A DNA stretch of 64,000 bases from the human T2T-CHM13v2.0 reference genome, Homo sapiens (GCF_009914755.1 NC_060927.1); one strand, 5' to 3'; shown: positions 1 through 14,244, counted from the stretch's first letter. The notes: generated from the letters alone by a model not told the origin. Made by a program: numbers and translations.

Positions 1-141
1 AGTCCCAGCTACTCAGGAGGCTGAGGTGTGAGAATTGCTTGAGCCTGGAAGGAGGCGAGGCTGAATTGAACTGAGATCATGCCACTGAACTCCAGCCTCA
101 GTGCCAGAGTGAAACCTCTCTCAAAAAAAAAAAAAAAAAAA
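1..141 (+). mobile_element. Alu right arm, truncated by the window edge
   Basis: agtcccagctactcaggaggctgagg...ccagcct followed by an A-tail. Confidence 0.9.
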
Positions 142-276
142 GAAAAGAAGAATTAATAGCAACTTCTCTCGACAGTAAAATAAATGTGTGCATGTGACAG
201 AGAAACAGAAAGAGTGATGGTTTCTAATATTCCCACAACTCAAAGTTTATTTAGAATATCAGAGCTGGAAGGGCCC

Positions 277-705
277 TGTGGCAGAAACTACTCATTGCCA
301 ATCAAAATGCCCTCAAATTGTGGTAATTGAATGGTGGCCATTTCTCAGCTTCCCTTGCAGTTTGGGGTAGGGGTCAGTGGGGATGGTGGTGCTGTGGTGT
401 GCTTGACTAAGTCCCTGCCAATGGCGTGTGAGGAGATGAGATCTGAGTCAGAGCTTTTAGGAAAGTGGAACTGCCTCCTCAAGCTCTTTCTTCCCTGCAT
501 AGAATGGAGCAAGAATTGAACATGCAGATGAGGATGACACCCTTGGGGATGGAGGAGAAAGAAGTTACAAGGAACAGGGGACCCTGGATAATGGCATGGG
601 GTAGGTCTTCCTGCTAGTTTGGGACTTTTATTGCACACGAAAGAAATAAAGTATCTTGTTTGGGCAATTCCATTTTGGGGAATCTTTTATAGCTACTAGT
701 GTTAC
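277..705 (+). mobile_element. Old MaLR LTR (MLT1-type)
   Basis: Starts tgtggcag; contains ttctcagcttcccttgcag and a degenerate 3' AATAAA; heavily diverged. Confidence 0.5.
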
Positions 706-1630
706 CCTAAGTAATAAATGGACCTCAAGAATCATCAATACCAGTTTCCTAAACTTTATAACTTTTGTCATTTCTGTACTTTATTGCTATTTATACAATG
801 TATTTTGTAATTAATACAGTTCTATTACTTATATAGGCAAAATCTACTTAAGCCTTGCCTAAATTATGTCTGTGAAATCGCCAGTTTGAAGTGCTAATTA
901 TATTTTTAAATATATATGAAAATAAATGCACAATTATTAAAATAAAATGTTCATCTGTTTTCCATCTGATCTCATAGCACATGAAATCCAATTTAATTTC
1001 AACCACGCATTTTACTAATGAAAAAGCTGCGGCCCAAATGCCATATTTTCAAAATTAGACTGAGGACCTACATCTAGTTTGAGACTTTTTCCACATACCT
1101 TATTATGCTACTTTCCTTTTTCTTGTAAGTTTAACATGTGATTCCTGGGCACAAAGCCTTCCAAGAAATGATTCAAACTACTTGCAAGCTACTGTCCCAC
1201 TGGTGTTTAGAGACTCTCTTTGAAGAGAAAAGAGTAAAAGTTATTGTCCTGGACATGCCAATGGACAAACAGAAGCACAGAATAGTCTGTAACTCCTCAA
1301 GGCTGGCTCACATAGAGTTTATGTCTTTTCATGTTCACTTTCTTCTCCATTTATTTGCTCGGTTAGTATGGATTGATGAGATCACATCCAGAATGCAGAT
1401 CGTGGATTTCTCAGATTTAAAGTTAAGGGAATTTTCCAAACTACTTTTTGGTCTGGAGGTAGTCTACAAATCTGATGGTCTAGAAGACTTATCAGTGAAT
1501 AACTAAGGTTTTGTTAGAATGGGTCAAATTAAATATTTTTATTACTTTAGGATTTATATAGTAGATATCAAAAAGAAGTGAAATGATATGGCAACTACCC
1601 ATAATTCTGACCTTAAAAATTTAGAGATAG

Positions 1631-2095
<465 letters not shown>

Positions 2096-2737
2096 TAAAA
2101 TTTTATTTGTTTAAAACAGAAGAAAATCTAATCAATGTGAGAGCAAAGGGAGTTTTGCCATTTTCCCAATGAACTCACACAACATATGATTTATCTACAT
2201 TTGACTTGTGAAGGATGTTAGCTAACATGACAAACCAATCTTTAGGAAATCTCTATTTTAAGCAGTTAACTTCAAGATTTCTTTAATATTGCCCAAAGAA
2301 TGTTTTCATACATTATCAGAAGATTTTCTCCTTTTTGGATACTGAATCTAAGTTAGAATGGTTTAAGGAATGTTTAATGCATCAGTTCTTTCCACTTCAA
2401 AGAGGTAATATTGTCATAGAAAGCAAAAGAAAATTTGAGGAGGTGCTAGAGATGGATAATTTTCTTGCTAGGAGGACACCCAAGTTAGCAGTTTCTTATA
2501 TAATCCTATATTAATAAAAGCAGTTCAAGAATGGTCTCCAATTTTGTTCAATAACTTGATATTTCTGAGATGCCTATCAGACCTATAGTATATACACTGG
2601 GAATAATTTCAGGTAAAAACAAAATTTCTATATGGAAAGCACTTTTGAGTTTATGTCACTGAAGCTGGGTTTAGCTGTTGTGTTGTTTTGAGTATGGCAT
2701 CTGTTAGTTAAAGTTAAAGAGAAATAAAGAAAGTCAC

Positions 2738-3077
2738 TGTCAGCCTGTTTGGGCTGGTATAACAAAAATTCCATAAACTGGGTGGCTTATAAACAGCAAA
2801 CATTTATTTCTCACAGTTCTGGAGGCTGAGAAGTCCAAGATCAAGGAGCTGGCAGATTAGGTGTCTGGTGAGGGCCTGGTCTTCATTGAAACTGCTTTCT
2901 TGCTCTATCCTTACATGTTTGTAGGACAAACAAGCTCCCTCAGATCTCTTTTATAAGGGCATTTTCCACCTTCATGACCTAGTCACTTCCCAAAGGCCCC
3001 ATCTCTTCATACCATCTCACTGGGGATTGGGCTTCAACCTATGAATGCTAAAGGGGCAAAACATTCATACCATAGCA
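2738..3077 (-). mobile_element. MaLR LTR (MLT1A/MST-like)
   Basis: tttatttctcacagttctggaggctgagaagtccaagatcaagg signature; tg...ca ends; TSD gtcac/atcac. Confidence 0.85.
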
Positions 3078-3596
3078 ATCACCTGTATTTCTAGGACAAG
3101 GAATTACTAGTTAGCAGTAAACTTTTTCACTGCCCATGTTCTTATAACAGTAATTACCAATTTGCTATGATTTTTCATAAAATGCTGTGGGAGGCAATGT
3201 TAGCTTGAAGCCTTGAGGGTTGTGCCCTCTGCAATAGGACATATAAACGGAAGGTTAGAAAGCTGCTTTCAATGAAGATTGTCATGAAGAGAGGTCTAGG
3301 AGCTTTGCAGAAGAAAATGCAAAAGTCCCCAACCAGATCCTTGGTGAAGGGCTGAATGTCCCCTAAGGAACATGGACTGTCACAAAAAAGGTTTTCATTC
3401 ATTCTCTTTTGGGGATCAGAGAGGACAAGCTTAGAACCAGCTAGATAGTAGGGGAATAGTTTGAAAAATTCCCATCCAGAATGAATGAATACATTGTTTC
3501 TGTGCTACAAGGGTAATCTTCCAATTTTGGGAGTATTAAATGGTGTTAGGAATGGAGATGAGGAAGAGAGTAGTGGAATGGGACGAGGCTGGGGAC

Positions 3597-4100
3597 TGTG
3601 AGGAGTAGTTATCGAATGCTGCTTAACAAATCACCATACACTTAGCAACTTCAAGCAACACGCGTTTACTATGTCACACTGTTTCTGAGGGTCAGGAATT
3701 AGGGAGTAACTTAGCTGGATGGCCTGACCTGGGGTCTTTTATGAAGGTGGAATTAAGCTGCTGGCTGGGCCTGCAGTCATCCCAAGGTAGGGTCTGGAGA
3801 ATCCATTCGCAAGATAGCTCCCTCATGTGGTGTGGACAGGAGACCTCATATGGGCTGCCAACAGTCTGCATGATGTGGTAGCTGGGTTTACCCCAGAGTG
3901 AGTGATTGAGAGAAAGAGCAGGGAGGAGGCCACAGTATATACAATGACCTAATCTTAAAAGTCACACACCATGACTTCCACTTTATTCTATTTATGAGAA
4001 GTGAGTCACTAAGTCCAGCCCACACTCAAGAGGAAGAGAACTAAGCTCCCATATTTTGAAGGGAGTATCAAATAATTTGTGGACATGTTAAACTATCACA
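3597..4100 (-). mobile_element. Old MaLR LTR (MLT1H-like)
   Basis: tgctgcttaacaaatcacc...agtgagtcactaagtccagcccacactcaag. Confidence 0.65.
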
Positions 4101-5311
4101 AGTAAGGTTTCACGTAAAGCTAAAGAAAAGAGAAGTGGGGGACGAGAAGAGCCAGAGTTCTAGAATTTAAAGGTCTTAGTAGAATTTAATAGTCTCAACT
4201 GATTTGCCAGAAGGATGTAAGGATATGCTTCCTGTTCTTGCCTCTGATGACTGAACTGTACTCTACTTTGTCCATACATCCTCATTTTTTCTCATTTACA
4301 TATTTCATTATTCTTTAAAAAAATTTGCTCATAAGAATACCTCCTCAGGGTAAAAGTAGAGCTGTGAAAACATTGCTTAAAAGGCATAAAACAAGCATTA
4401 TAATAATATTAGAGTTAAGCAGAACGTGATTTTGAATCTAGGGGGAAAAGTTCATCCTTTGTTAGTCGGTCAGTAAGTTAGTCATATACCTTAAGCACTC
4501 ACTAGTGAAGAGATGTTTAGATGAAATAGATGCATTAAAATAATAAATTGTTAATTTGTTCATTTATTTATCCAGTAAAAATTTGCACCAGACTCTATGG
4601 CAGGTGCTGGGAACATAAAGAAGGATGAATAAAGAAGGAAGTCACAATCTGGTATGGGAGATCGACATGAAACCCATAATAACTATATCACATGGTAAGC
4701 TATACTTGAGTGATCACCTGGTTTGTATTTGTCTGTGATTCTTCACCTTAATTACTCCTTAAGGACAGAATTGATCTTATTCAATTCTCTATTACTAGCA
4801 CCCAGCACAGTGCCTGGCCCATGGAAGCAGCTAAGGCATGTCTGATGAATGTGTTGCTAAATCCAATGTATTCTAAATGTTGCAGCACTTAGAGAGACTA
4901 GCTAAACACAATACCAGATGCTGGCTGGCTCTCTTTCCCTTCCTGCTAACGTTGATGAAGGAGGTATTTTTGGCTTGTGGTTGCAGTGTGCTGACTTCTT
5001 ACATGACCTTCTCTCTCCTCTGCAGATGAAGCATAATTCTCTGTAGAAATCTCCACTCCTGGGAGGCAGCTTTGGGCCTCACTGAGCTCTGGGAGCTCCT
5101 TCGCAGTTTGTCACTCCTGTGCCTCCCTGTGCATCCTTCCTAGGGACCTAGTGGACAGTGCATTTAGGCTGCTGGCTATAAGGAAAATCCAGGGGGAAGC
5201 ATAGAGGAAGCTCCTCTCTCTTTTGTTCAGGGAAGATGCATTTTATTTTTTAAGCCCAGAATGGGAGTATCTATCTCTTTGTCCTAAAATTACAATACTT
5301 TAGGTAGAGAC

Positions 5312-5718
5312 AATTTTTCTTTTCTCTTCTTCCTCCTCTTCTTCTTCTTCTTCTTCCTCTTCCTCTTCCTCTTCTTCTTCTTATTCTTCTTCTTCTTTTT
5401 GGAGGTAGGGTCTCCTTCTGTCATTCAGGCTGGAGTGCAGTAGCATGATCAGGGTTCACTGTAGCCTCTACATCCTGGGCTCAAGCGATCCTCCCACCTC
5501 AGCCTCCTGAGTATCTGGGATGACAAGTACGTGCCACCATGACTGGCTAATTTTTCTGTCTTTTTGTAGAGATGAGGTTTCACCTTGTTGCCCAGGCTGG
5601 TCTCAAACTCCTGGGCTCAGGCAATCTGCCTGCCCAGGAGTTTGAGACCAGCCTTGGCAATATGGTGAAACCTCACCTCCCAGAGGACTAGGATTACAGG
5701 CATGAGGCACCACGCCAG
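5312..5718 (-). mobile_element. AluJ with a CTT/CCT-repeat tail and an internal inverted duplication
   Basis: Alu arms are recognisable; 5632-5678 is an opposite-orientation copy of 5570-5616. Confidence 0.9.
5326..5397. repeat. Interrupted (CTT/CCT)n microsatellite
   Basis: Directly visible run of ~24 triplets. Confidence 0.95.
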
Positions 5719-6274
5719 ACTTGATGTTTCAATACAATGTTAAGATATGGAGGAAAAGATCCTCACCCATATAAGGCTTAGCTAGAGCTAAGAGTTCAAC
5801 GTGAGCTTGAGGAATGACAGTCTTTGCACATAAACAGGTTCCCAGGTCATTTACTACAAACAATACATGTTCATGTGGTTTTAGTTGTCTTTTCTCCAAC
5901 AGTGGATAATGTATTTTAGGGCACTTCAGCCAAAAACTTAGTCGATTTGCACATTTCCAGGTATTAATATAAGTAAAAATGGGTTCATACCATCTAAAAT
6001 ACAAAATATGCCCAATGTTACTGGCAAGATTGGTTGGAGCCTGCATTCTTATAAATGTGTCTCTCTGACTGACATCAAGACCAAGACAATTACAGAGGAC
6101 ACTGCAGCCCAGTCCCAGGCAGAAATCTGTATGCTTCAGGCAGAATTGTTTAATGTCAACTATTAAAATGGAGATACAGTTATGTTGGAAGGTTATATGG
6201 CACTTTATATACAACAATAGATAGATGAAAAAAAGCGTTACCCATACAGAGTGATTAACATTAATTAATAAATG

Positions 6275-6700
6275 AATTTCATTCATCCATCCATTCAGTC
6301 AACAAATATTTATTGATTATTCATAGGCACCCGACATTGTTCTAGATATTAGGGTACAGTGGTAAATAAGAGACTAGGCCCCTTTTCTCATGGAGGCTAC
6401 ATTTTTAAAGTAGAAAGACAGATTATAGACAGATAAATAAATAAAAACAAACAAGAAAGGACCCAGTGATAAATACTAGGATGAAAAACAAAGGCCTAGG
6501 TGATGCAATGGCAATTGAGTGATCAGGTTCAGCTTTTCTGAGGTATTGGCAATGCAGCTAAAATTTGAATGTCAAGAAGGAACCTGCCACCTGAAGATCG
6601 GAGGAAAGAGTGTTCCATATAGACAGAAGAGAAGGTGGGGACAGTGGGCAGTAAACTTGGGTGTGGGAGAGGAACAGAGAGAAAGGCAGAAGCCAAAACA
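6275..6700 (-). mobile_element. L2 3' fragment
   Basis: ttcattcatccatccattcagtcaacaaatatttattga is the reverse complement of the L2 3' end. Confidence 0.65.
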
Positions 6701-7165
6701 CCTGGAGCTCAGTAAGGGGACTGAGAAGAAGAAGAAAGAGTGGAGAGGTGGCCAGGTGCCGATCATGAGGCAGGATGATAACAAAAAATGGAATAGAATG
6801 TAAAATAGGAAGAACGTTGGAATCAGATGATATAAAAACATAAGGCAGAGATTTTGGAAAAATTCAACTTGCTCCAGGCATGATTTTCATCTGGAGCTTA
6901 CTAGTATTTAAAATTGCCTCTGATGAAAGCAATCTGCATCACCATTCTTTGTCTTGAAATAAAGAATAAGACACTTTTAGTCCTTTTAAGAATCTTATAT
7001 CCCACTGTAGTGTCCATGACTTACAACTTTCCCCTTGATTATCAACATAATACATCTTTATGAAAGAACATTTGGAAAATACAAATAAGCCAACAGGAGA
7101 AGCAAAAATCCATTCCAAATCCAGCCACCCAAGAATAACTATTGCTAACATTTGGGCACAGAATC

Positions 7166-7528
7166 TGCTATGGTCTGAATGTGTTCCCTCAAATTCGTAT
7201 GTTGAAACCTAACTCCAAAGGTGATATATTAAGAGGTAGGGCCTTTGGGAGGTGATTAGGTCACGAGGGCGGGGCTGTCATGAATGGGATTAGTGCCCTT
7301 ACACAAGAGGCCTGAGGGAATTTGTTAGCCTTTTTTGCCCTTCTGCCATGTGAGGACCCAGCAAGAAGGTGCCATCTATGAGGAATGGGCCCTCAGCAGA
7401 CACCAAATCTGTTGGCAACTTGATCTTGAGCTTTTCAGCCTCCAGAACTGTGAGCAATACATTTCTACTACTTATAAATGACCATATCTCAGGTTATTTT
7501 GTTATAGCAGCTCAAATGGACTAAGACA
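7166..7528 (+). mobile_element. MaLR LTR (MLT1A/MST-like)
   Basis: tgctatggtctgaatgtg...cagcctccagaactgtgag...ctaagaca. Confidence 0.85.
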
Positions 7529-10500
7529 AACTCTATGTTCATACAATGCAGTGGTTCAGAATACAAACTCTGGAGTCTGGGTGAGAATCGTTGCTTTGCA
7601 ACTTGCTAAACTTGTTTTTCAACTTGCTAGTTGACTTTCAGTCTATCTTAATGGCTTATAAAATGCCACATAACTGTCTGCAAGGTCTTTAAGCCTCAGT
7701 TTTCTCTTCTGAAAAATGGAATAGTAATCTTACTTTCTTCATAGCACTGCTGTGATGATTAAAGGACATAAGCCATGTAATTTTCCTGATTTAGTACCTC
7801 ACACATAGTACATTCTTTAACATGTTACCTATTATGCTGTTATCATTTTACAAAGTTGGGATTATACTGTAAAACTTTCCATATATAAACTACTATTTCA
7901 ATTATTGCTAGACATTTTTAATAGTTACATAGTATTTTGCTATAAGGATATGATATAATTTAGTTAAACTCTGTTATGGGATACTTCGGCTTTTTCCAAA
8001 TTTTCACTATTCAATGAAATTCTACAGATAAAATATTGCAACTTTCAAGTTACGTCTCTAGGATAACTTCTATGAAGTGGCTGGGTCGATGAGCATAAAT
8101 ATTTCCAAGACTCTTCTGAGGCATATTATTATGTCTTCCGCTATGAATTTAGATAATACCCTGGGTAAGAATAATGTCTGGAAGTAAATATGTGTGAAGT
8201 TTTGGAGGCATGATTTACCATCAGCTTAATGTAAATACTTTATCTCCTCCTTCCCCACGCATTCACACACTTTTTTCTCCACACCTGTTCACACCTTCTG
8301 GTGGGCACCATTTCCCTTCATTCCTTAGGGAGGCTTCCCAGTACCAGGCTTCTGGTTAAGCAACTCTGCTTATAGTTTTCTGATTTGCTGGGAATTCTGT
8401 ACTTACCATTCTTTTTACTTGAAGACATAAACTTACAGGGTTTTAGTATATTGGGAATCCAAGCCCCTCAACTTACAGGTGATATGAAACTAAAGTAGAA
8501 TGAACAAGTGGTTTGTCCAAATTGGTCCTGTGGACCATGCTATTGTTAGACTGCTAAGTAATGCTGGATCATTTCTTTATCTTTAGAACCTAGATCAGCA
8601 GCCAGTACACGTAAACAGCCAGTATGGTTTGCTGAATGAATAACTACTTGAAGTAACTTGAAGCCTTCTAGGATTTTGTAACTGGAAAGGATCATAGAGG
8701 CATGGAAACTGAGGCCTAGATTGGTTAATGAGATGTAGGTAGTTATATAACTTTAGTGACAAGTTGGGATAACAACTCAGGTCCCAGTACAGACAAGGAG
8801 AAGCCAGGAGATGTGGCTTGCTGGGGTGAGATGGGCATGAAGAGGAAAGATTAATTCTGACTTGCTCCAGAGCGGGTAAAACCAAGACCAAGCAAAACTG
8901 CAAGTTGCTGGTAGGCCAATTTCAGCATAAGAAAGAACTTTTTGATAATTAGTACTGTCCAAAATGGAAATGGATTTTCTTGAAAAGAAGTGAGTAGCCC
9001 CTAATTGGAAGTGTTCAAATAAAACAGGGTAATAATTTGTGAAGTGTTTTAATAGAAAAAATTTTTTTGGTTTGTGTGTCTGGTGGGGATAAACGACTTC
9101 TAAGGTCTCTATCAAAGCGAAGATTAAATGATTTGTGAATATATGTATCTTGATAGATAGATAGTCTTCCCTTGTTGATCTGTTACTTTGTAATTAAGTC
9201 TTTTGAATGTGAATTCATTATCTTTCTCATTACAGATACATTTAAATGTCTTTACTTACCCAAGATTCCATGGGTTTAAAATAATCGTTTTAGTGGTATT
9301 TCAGTGTGCTACACACAGTAGGAGTTCAAAAGATAAAATTTAAATTAGCTCTTAACTTTGGAAAACCTACATTTAAAGTAAATTGAGCTACAGGCTCCAT
9401 GCATTTGAACAATTTGATTGAACTCAGCTGGTCTCAACCAAATACATCAGTTGATCACATTCAAGAGCACTAAATATTCATTAGCTTTTTTTTAATTAAA
9501 AAAGGATAAAATTAAGGAATTTGGGTAGATGGTATTGTGGTGAAATAAAAGTGTTCTCTTATTGGCTTTCTGAATAATAATCTGAAATTATGGCTGGAAG
9601 TCTTTCCCAGAATTGAAAGAATCCTTTAAATATTAAACTGCAAATATAATTTTATTGCGCTTCAGGTATAGAGGTACTGAAAGACCACCCTTTCAGTGTA
9701 ATCCTTTCATGCAAATTCTAGGAAGACAAGTCATATAAATGAACCATATTCCAGAAATGCTTTCAATTTTCAAGATTTCATATCCATAATAGAAACGGAG
9801 TTTCCAACAAGTTCATAAGTAAGTTCAGTGAAAAGCTCCACACTCAAATAGCAATCTAGCAAAGCTTTGATGAGTAGCAGAGATAGCATCTGTGATGCAC
9901 TCTTTTTGAGTCTACCCGGGAAGGAAATGCATTAAAAAAACAGCAAAAGTTGCTTTCTGTTTATTTAGGTTTTTTTTCTTCCCTTTCTTCTTTTCTCCCT
10001 CCTTTCTTCCCTCTTCCCTTTTCTCTCTCTCTCTTTCTTATTAGAAGGCTAAATACAGAAATCAATGTTCCAATCAGGTATTCATTTGAATTATCAACGA
10101 TTTTTGGACATTCTTAATAATAAAATTTGCTCAAGTCAAGAGGGACAATCCATTAGCTAGAATATTCCAGCCATGCCCTTTTCTCGCCTACTTAGGAACA
10201 TATATATCACACGGGCAGCAAGATCTTCTGTTTCAGACATTGTGCTAGATGCTAGAGAGATAAAAATATAAGGCATGAACCTTGGCCTCACAGACACCTA
10301 GCAAATCCATAGCATTGGTTCACCATAGAACCTAGACTAGACTCAGAGTTCTTTCTGACCCAGGACTCCTGACAGTCATTGCTAATCTATCACTGCATTG
10401 GCATAAGAGGTAATATATATTTGTCATCCCTGGTGGGAAATCAAATGTTCTCTGGTACATTGATTATACCAGATTCTGTACCAAATGATTGTCTCATTTT

Positions 10501-10632
10501 GACAATCATAATCATGGCTATTTCATGTCTATAATGTAAGACCCATTTCATTTCTATCTTGCTGAAGTTTGATTTTTCAAATGCCACTCTCAGGAGCATG
10601 AAACAGAAAAAACTAATTTGAAGAAAAGTTAC

Positions 10633-10728
10633 CTCCACTGCTGCTTTTGCCCTTTCAAACTCTTCTTCTAAGGAGTGGTTTCTAGAAAGTAATGCGCTTC
10701 CCCAGCGATGTTCTTTGGTCAGTCGAGC
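10633..10728 (-). CDS. PEX5L: PEX5L exon 9, ARLTKEHRWGSALLSRNHSLEEEFERAKAAVE (start of the core domain that binds the HCN cyclic-nucleotide-binding domain)
   Basis: tgatttcag|GCT...GAG|gtaact; 96 nt, phase 0-0; contains the EEEFE motif. Confidence 0.97.
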
Positions 10729-11979
10729 CTGAAATCAATCATACACATAGTGTTATAATATTAGAATCACATGTTATTATAGAAATATACAGGTGCTTTT
10801 CCTTTTCCCATTTCACTTCCCTAGAGTTCAAGAATCATCTGTGACTGATGACATTTTTGGAGTACTGTGCTGGTATGATGTTGCCTAAACTGAGATGCTG
10901 TCAAAATGTGTGTGAGCATGCATGCGTGATTCTTCCAACAGTGGGTCTCAGCCCTGGACATATTGAAACCACTCCTCAGGCCTCATCTCCCAAAGATCTT
11001 ATTTTAATTGGTCTCGATTCCAGGCCTTGATATTTTAGTTAACCTCTCCAAGTGATTCTGATACGCAGCTAGGATGGGCAATCTCCATTACAAGTCTAGC
11101 TTTAGAAATTGATATTCAAGCTTTCAGCTTGTGAGGAAGATCAGCCTCCGGTTAAAAACATAAAAGCTGCAGAAATGAAAGTGTGGCTTCCAGGCCTTTC
11201 TCCGTATGTACACAGCAGATCCTCATGCATAGTTCTCTTCCTTCTGCTTTCCCTCTGTTGGCACTGTCTTATGTCTCATTTCTTAGGATATTGCTCTCTA
11301 TTAAATAATAATGAATCACTTAGATAAAATCATGTCTGATAAGGCCAACTGCTTTGCCACAATTAATAGGCAATGTAATATTTACACATCTTAACTTAGC
11401 TAAATGCAAATATTTTCAGAAGACCTTTCCCCAAGAGTCCGCTGTAGTTTTTAAAATGTTATTAATTTTTAATTTCACAAAAATTGAATACTTATTTCGA
11501 AAAAAAATTAATCATAGAAAATAAGAGGTGGACCACTAGACCTTTTTCTCTGCAGTTACATAAACATTTAAACACATAATGTGTATTGTAATATGTACAG
11601 TAATATGTTTCAAAAACATATGAAACATAAAAGGCATGCAATTCTTCAATGTTTTCACTCAACAATTTACCTTGGAGAGTTTCCATTTTTGTTTTTTGTT
11701 TTTTTTGGTCAACCTCTGTGCTCTACCAGGGGATCCATGAGGATAAGAATCTTGTTTGGTTACTTTTGTACTCCCCATGCCCAGCACAGGGCCAGACAAG
11801 GGATGAGTGCCCACATACGCCTAAGGGCTGCAGGATGAGGCATGCACTGAGACACAGTGAGGCCTTGGGGAATAGGAGGAGAGGGGCTTGAAATGAATTT
11901 CCCCGGTCCCTTTTATTATAGAGTGGAGGTGGGGTAGGGAGGGTGACTTCTTGGTATGTGTGTTAGATTGCTGTGTAGC

Positions 11980-12140
11980 AGTGATGCTCAACCCTGGCTT
12001 TCCGTGGGAATTACTTGAACAGGCCTGGGCCCCACCCCAACCAATTAAATAAGAAACTCTGGGGGTGGGACCCGGGCCTTTGATGTTTGAAAAGCGCCTC
12101 TGGTAATTCTGAAAAGCAGTCATGGTTTGAAAACCACTGT
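11980..12140. mobile_element. MER5-type hAT MITE
   Basis: cagtgatgctcaacc...ggtttgaaaaccactg with a palindromic ccccaccccaa/gggggtggg core. Confidence 0.7.
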
Positions 12141-13506
12141 TCTACAGCAAAACTTTCCTCTTCACACAGCACTTGCCCTCCAGATAGCTCAGCTGCTCTT
12201 CATTCATTTCTCTACCATTGTTGGTCCTGAAGGGGACCCCCCTCTTCTATTGTGACACGATAGTACTACCAGACACCGCTCTAAGTAATTTAGACATTAT
12301 AATTTATTTTGCTCTTTTGGAGACTTCATGAGGTAGGTATTATCAACTCCATTTTCAAGATGATGATGTTGAGATACAGAGAGCTTAATTCGCTTGCCCA
12401 AAGTTATACAGCTAGTAAGTGGCAGGGCTGGTACTTCAAGGCCATGCTCATAACCACTGTTCTACACTGCTTCTCCCAGGAGGCTGTGCTCACCCAGTCA
12501 TACCAGGAAGACAGAAAACAGAGAAAGGCTGCCCCTGGGGGGCCGTTGCATAGGTGAGGAGTCAACAACGAAGCCCTAAGAATACTGTGGATTGCAAGCA
12601 ATAATGAAGTAATTATGACCGTAAACAACAGTGTTAGTCTGTGTTTTGCTTTAATAAATGTGGAACGTTTATTTATTAAAACATTAATTTATGTTTCCTC
12701 CTCTTTGTTGGGAATACTTCTATATCCTCAGTATCTCCTAGCAGGCAGTAGGTGCTCCATAAGTAGTCAATAAATAGTTGTTGAAAATACGCTGTCAATG
12801 AATAGATGCGTGAATGAATTAAAGATATTTTCTTTCCTTAGCCCCAGAAGGTGTTCTCAGTCAAGGTTCTCTGTTCAATCCAGGAGGCTAAGGAGGAAGT
12901 TATAGGAGACTGAAAGGGGTCTTGTTTTTTGTCCTGGATCTGGAGTGGCAGAGGTCTGTGCTAGCAAGGTCCTACTGCCTGGGCTTTAGAAGTGGGCAAT
13001 GGCAGCTGAATGCCGGAGGGGCCTGCCTAGGAAAATGCAAGGCCCGCAGGCAGCACAGGGGTGAGGCGCCTACAGGGGTGTCTGTGGTCAGAAGAGGGAA
13101 GGGTGGCGGGGTACCTCTGGGCTTGCAGGAGCATCAGCGCCTCACTGTTGGGTGGGCCAGGCTCATGGGCCACCATGAACAAGTAGCCTCCTTCTTTAGG
13201 CCCCATGAAAGCTACTACCTCCTCCTAACCCAGACACCTGACACAGGGAGGGTGACCTGAAACATAAAAGTGAAGCCAACTATCATATCATCCTGGCAAG
13301 TAGGGTCTTAGAGCCAGAGTTAATATCAGTAAATAAAAATAATAAGACGTTTCTTGTACTCCAGGATTGTGGCAGCCAATTTATACTCTTTGCAAAAGCA
13401 AAGAACTTGTGATAGAAAAATGTATGCCCAACTTTGAAAGAGGCAAATTGAGGTTGTGTGATTTCTTGATATCATGTGAGAGAATTTTCTAAGTCTTCTT
13501 GACCCT

Positions 13507-13895
13507 TGTGTTAGTTTCTTATGGCTACTGTAACAAATATAAACTACCACAAACTGGTTGACTTGAAAGGACAGAAATTTATTCTCTCAAAGTTCTGGAG
13601 ACTAGAATTCCAAAATCAAGGCATTAGCAGGGCCACGTTCCCTCTGAAGGCTCTGGGGGAGAATCTGCACCACGCCTCTCCTAGTTCCTAGTGGCTTCAG
13701 GCATTCTTTGGCTTATGACTGCGTCACTCCATGTTGCCTCCTCTTCTCTCTCAAAACTCCGTCTGCCTTACTCTTATTAGGTACATGTGGTTGCATTTAG
13801 GGCCCACCCAAATAGTTCAGGAAAGCCTCCTTCTCCAGAGTCCTGTAATTTAATCATGTATTTTGCTATATCTGGCCACCATTCAGCCAACTACA
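13507..13895 (-). mobile_element. MaLR LTR (MLT1B/C-like)
   Basis: ggctactgtaacaaa...agaaatttattctctcaaagttctggag...ccctctgaaggctct. Confidence 0.8.
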
Positions 13896-14244
13896 ACCCT
13901 GATCTGACACTTTTGGGCCACAGTATATTCGATGAACAAATATAAACAAATATAAAGGGGAAGACAGTTCACAACCTTTTAGGATTAAGTCGTTAGGATG
14001 CTGTAACCTAGTAGAGATGTTAACTCCAACGGTGATATCTTATTGTCTTGTAGAAAGTTAGCCGATCTTGTATCTAACTAGGGAAACTCATTTTGGCATT
14101 TATTTCCCAACTGGCTTTATAAAGCTCTGTTCCTCATTGTTTTGCTTTTGGAACCAACTCTATTGTCTTCCTGTTGGTTCCTTCATTAATAAAATAAACA
14201 TATAAAAATTTCAAGTGTGGACACATGGTAAGAAATAAACTTTC

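Noticed and set aside
5729-6286. Longest ORF in the track (185 aa)
   Set aside because: No recognisable domain, composition typical of AT-rich intron, starts in an L2 tail, and no convincing splice context.
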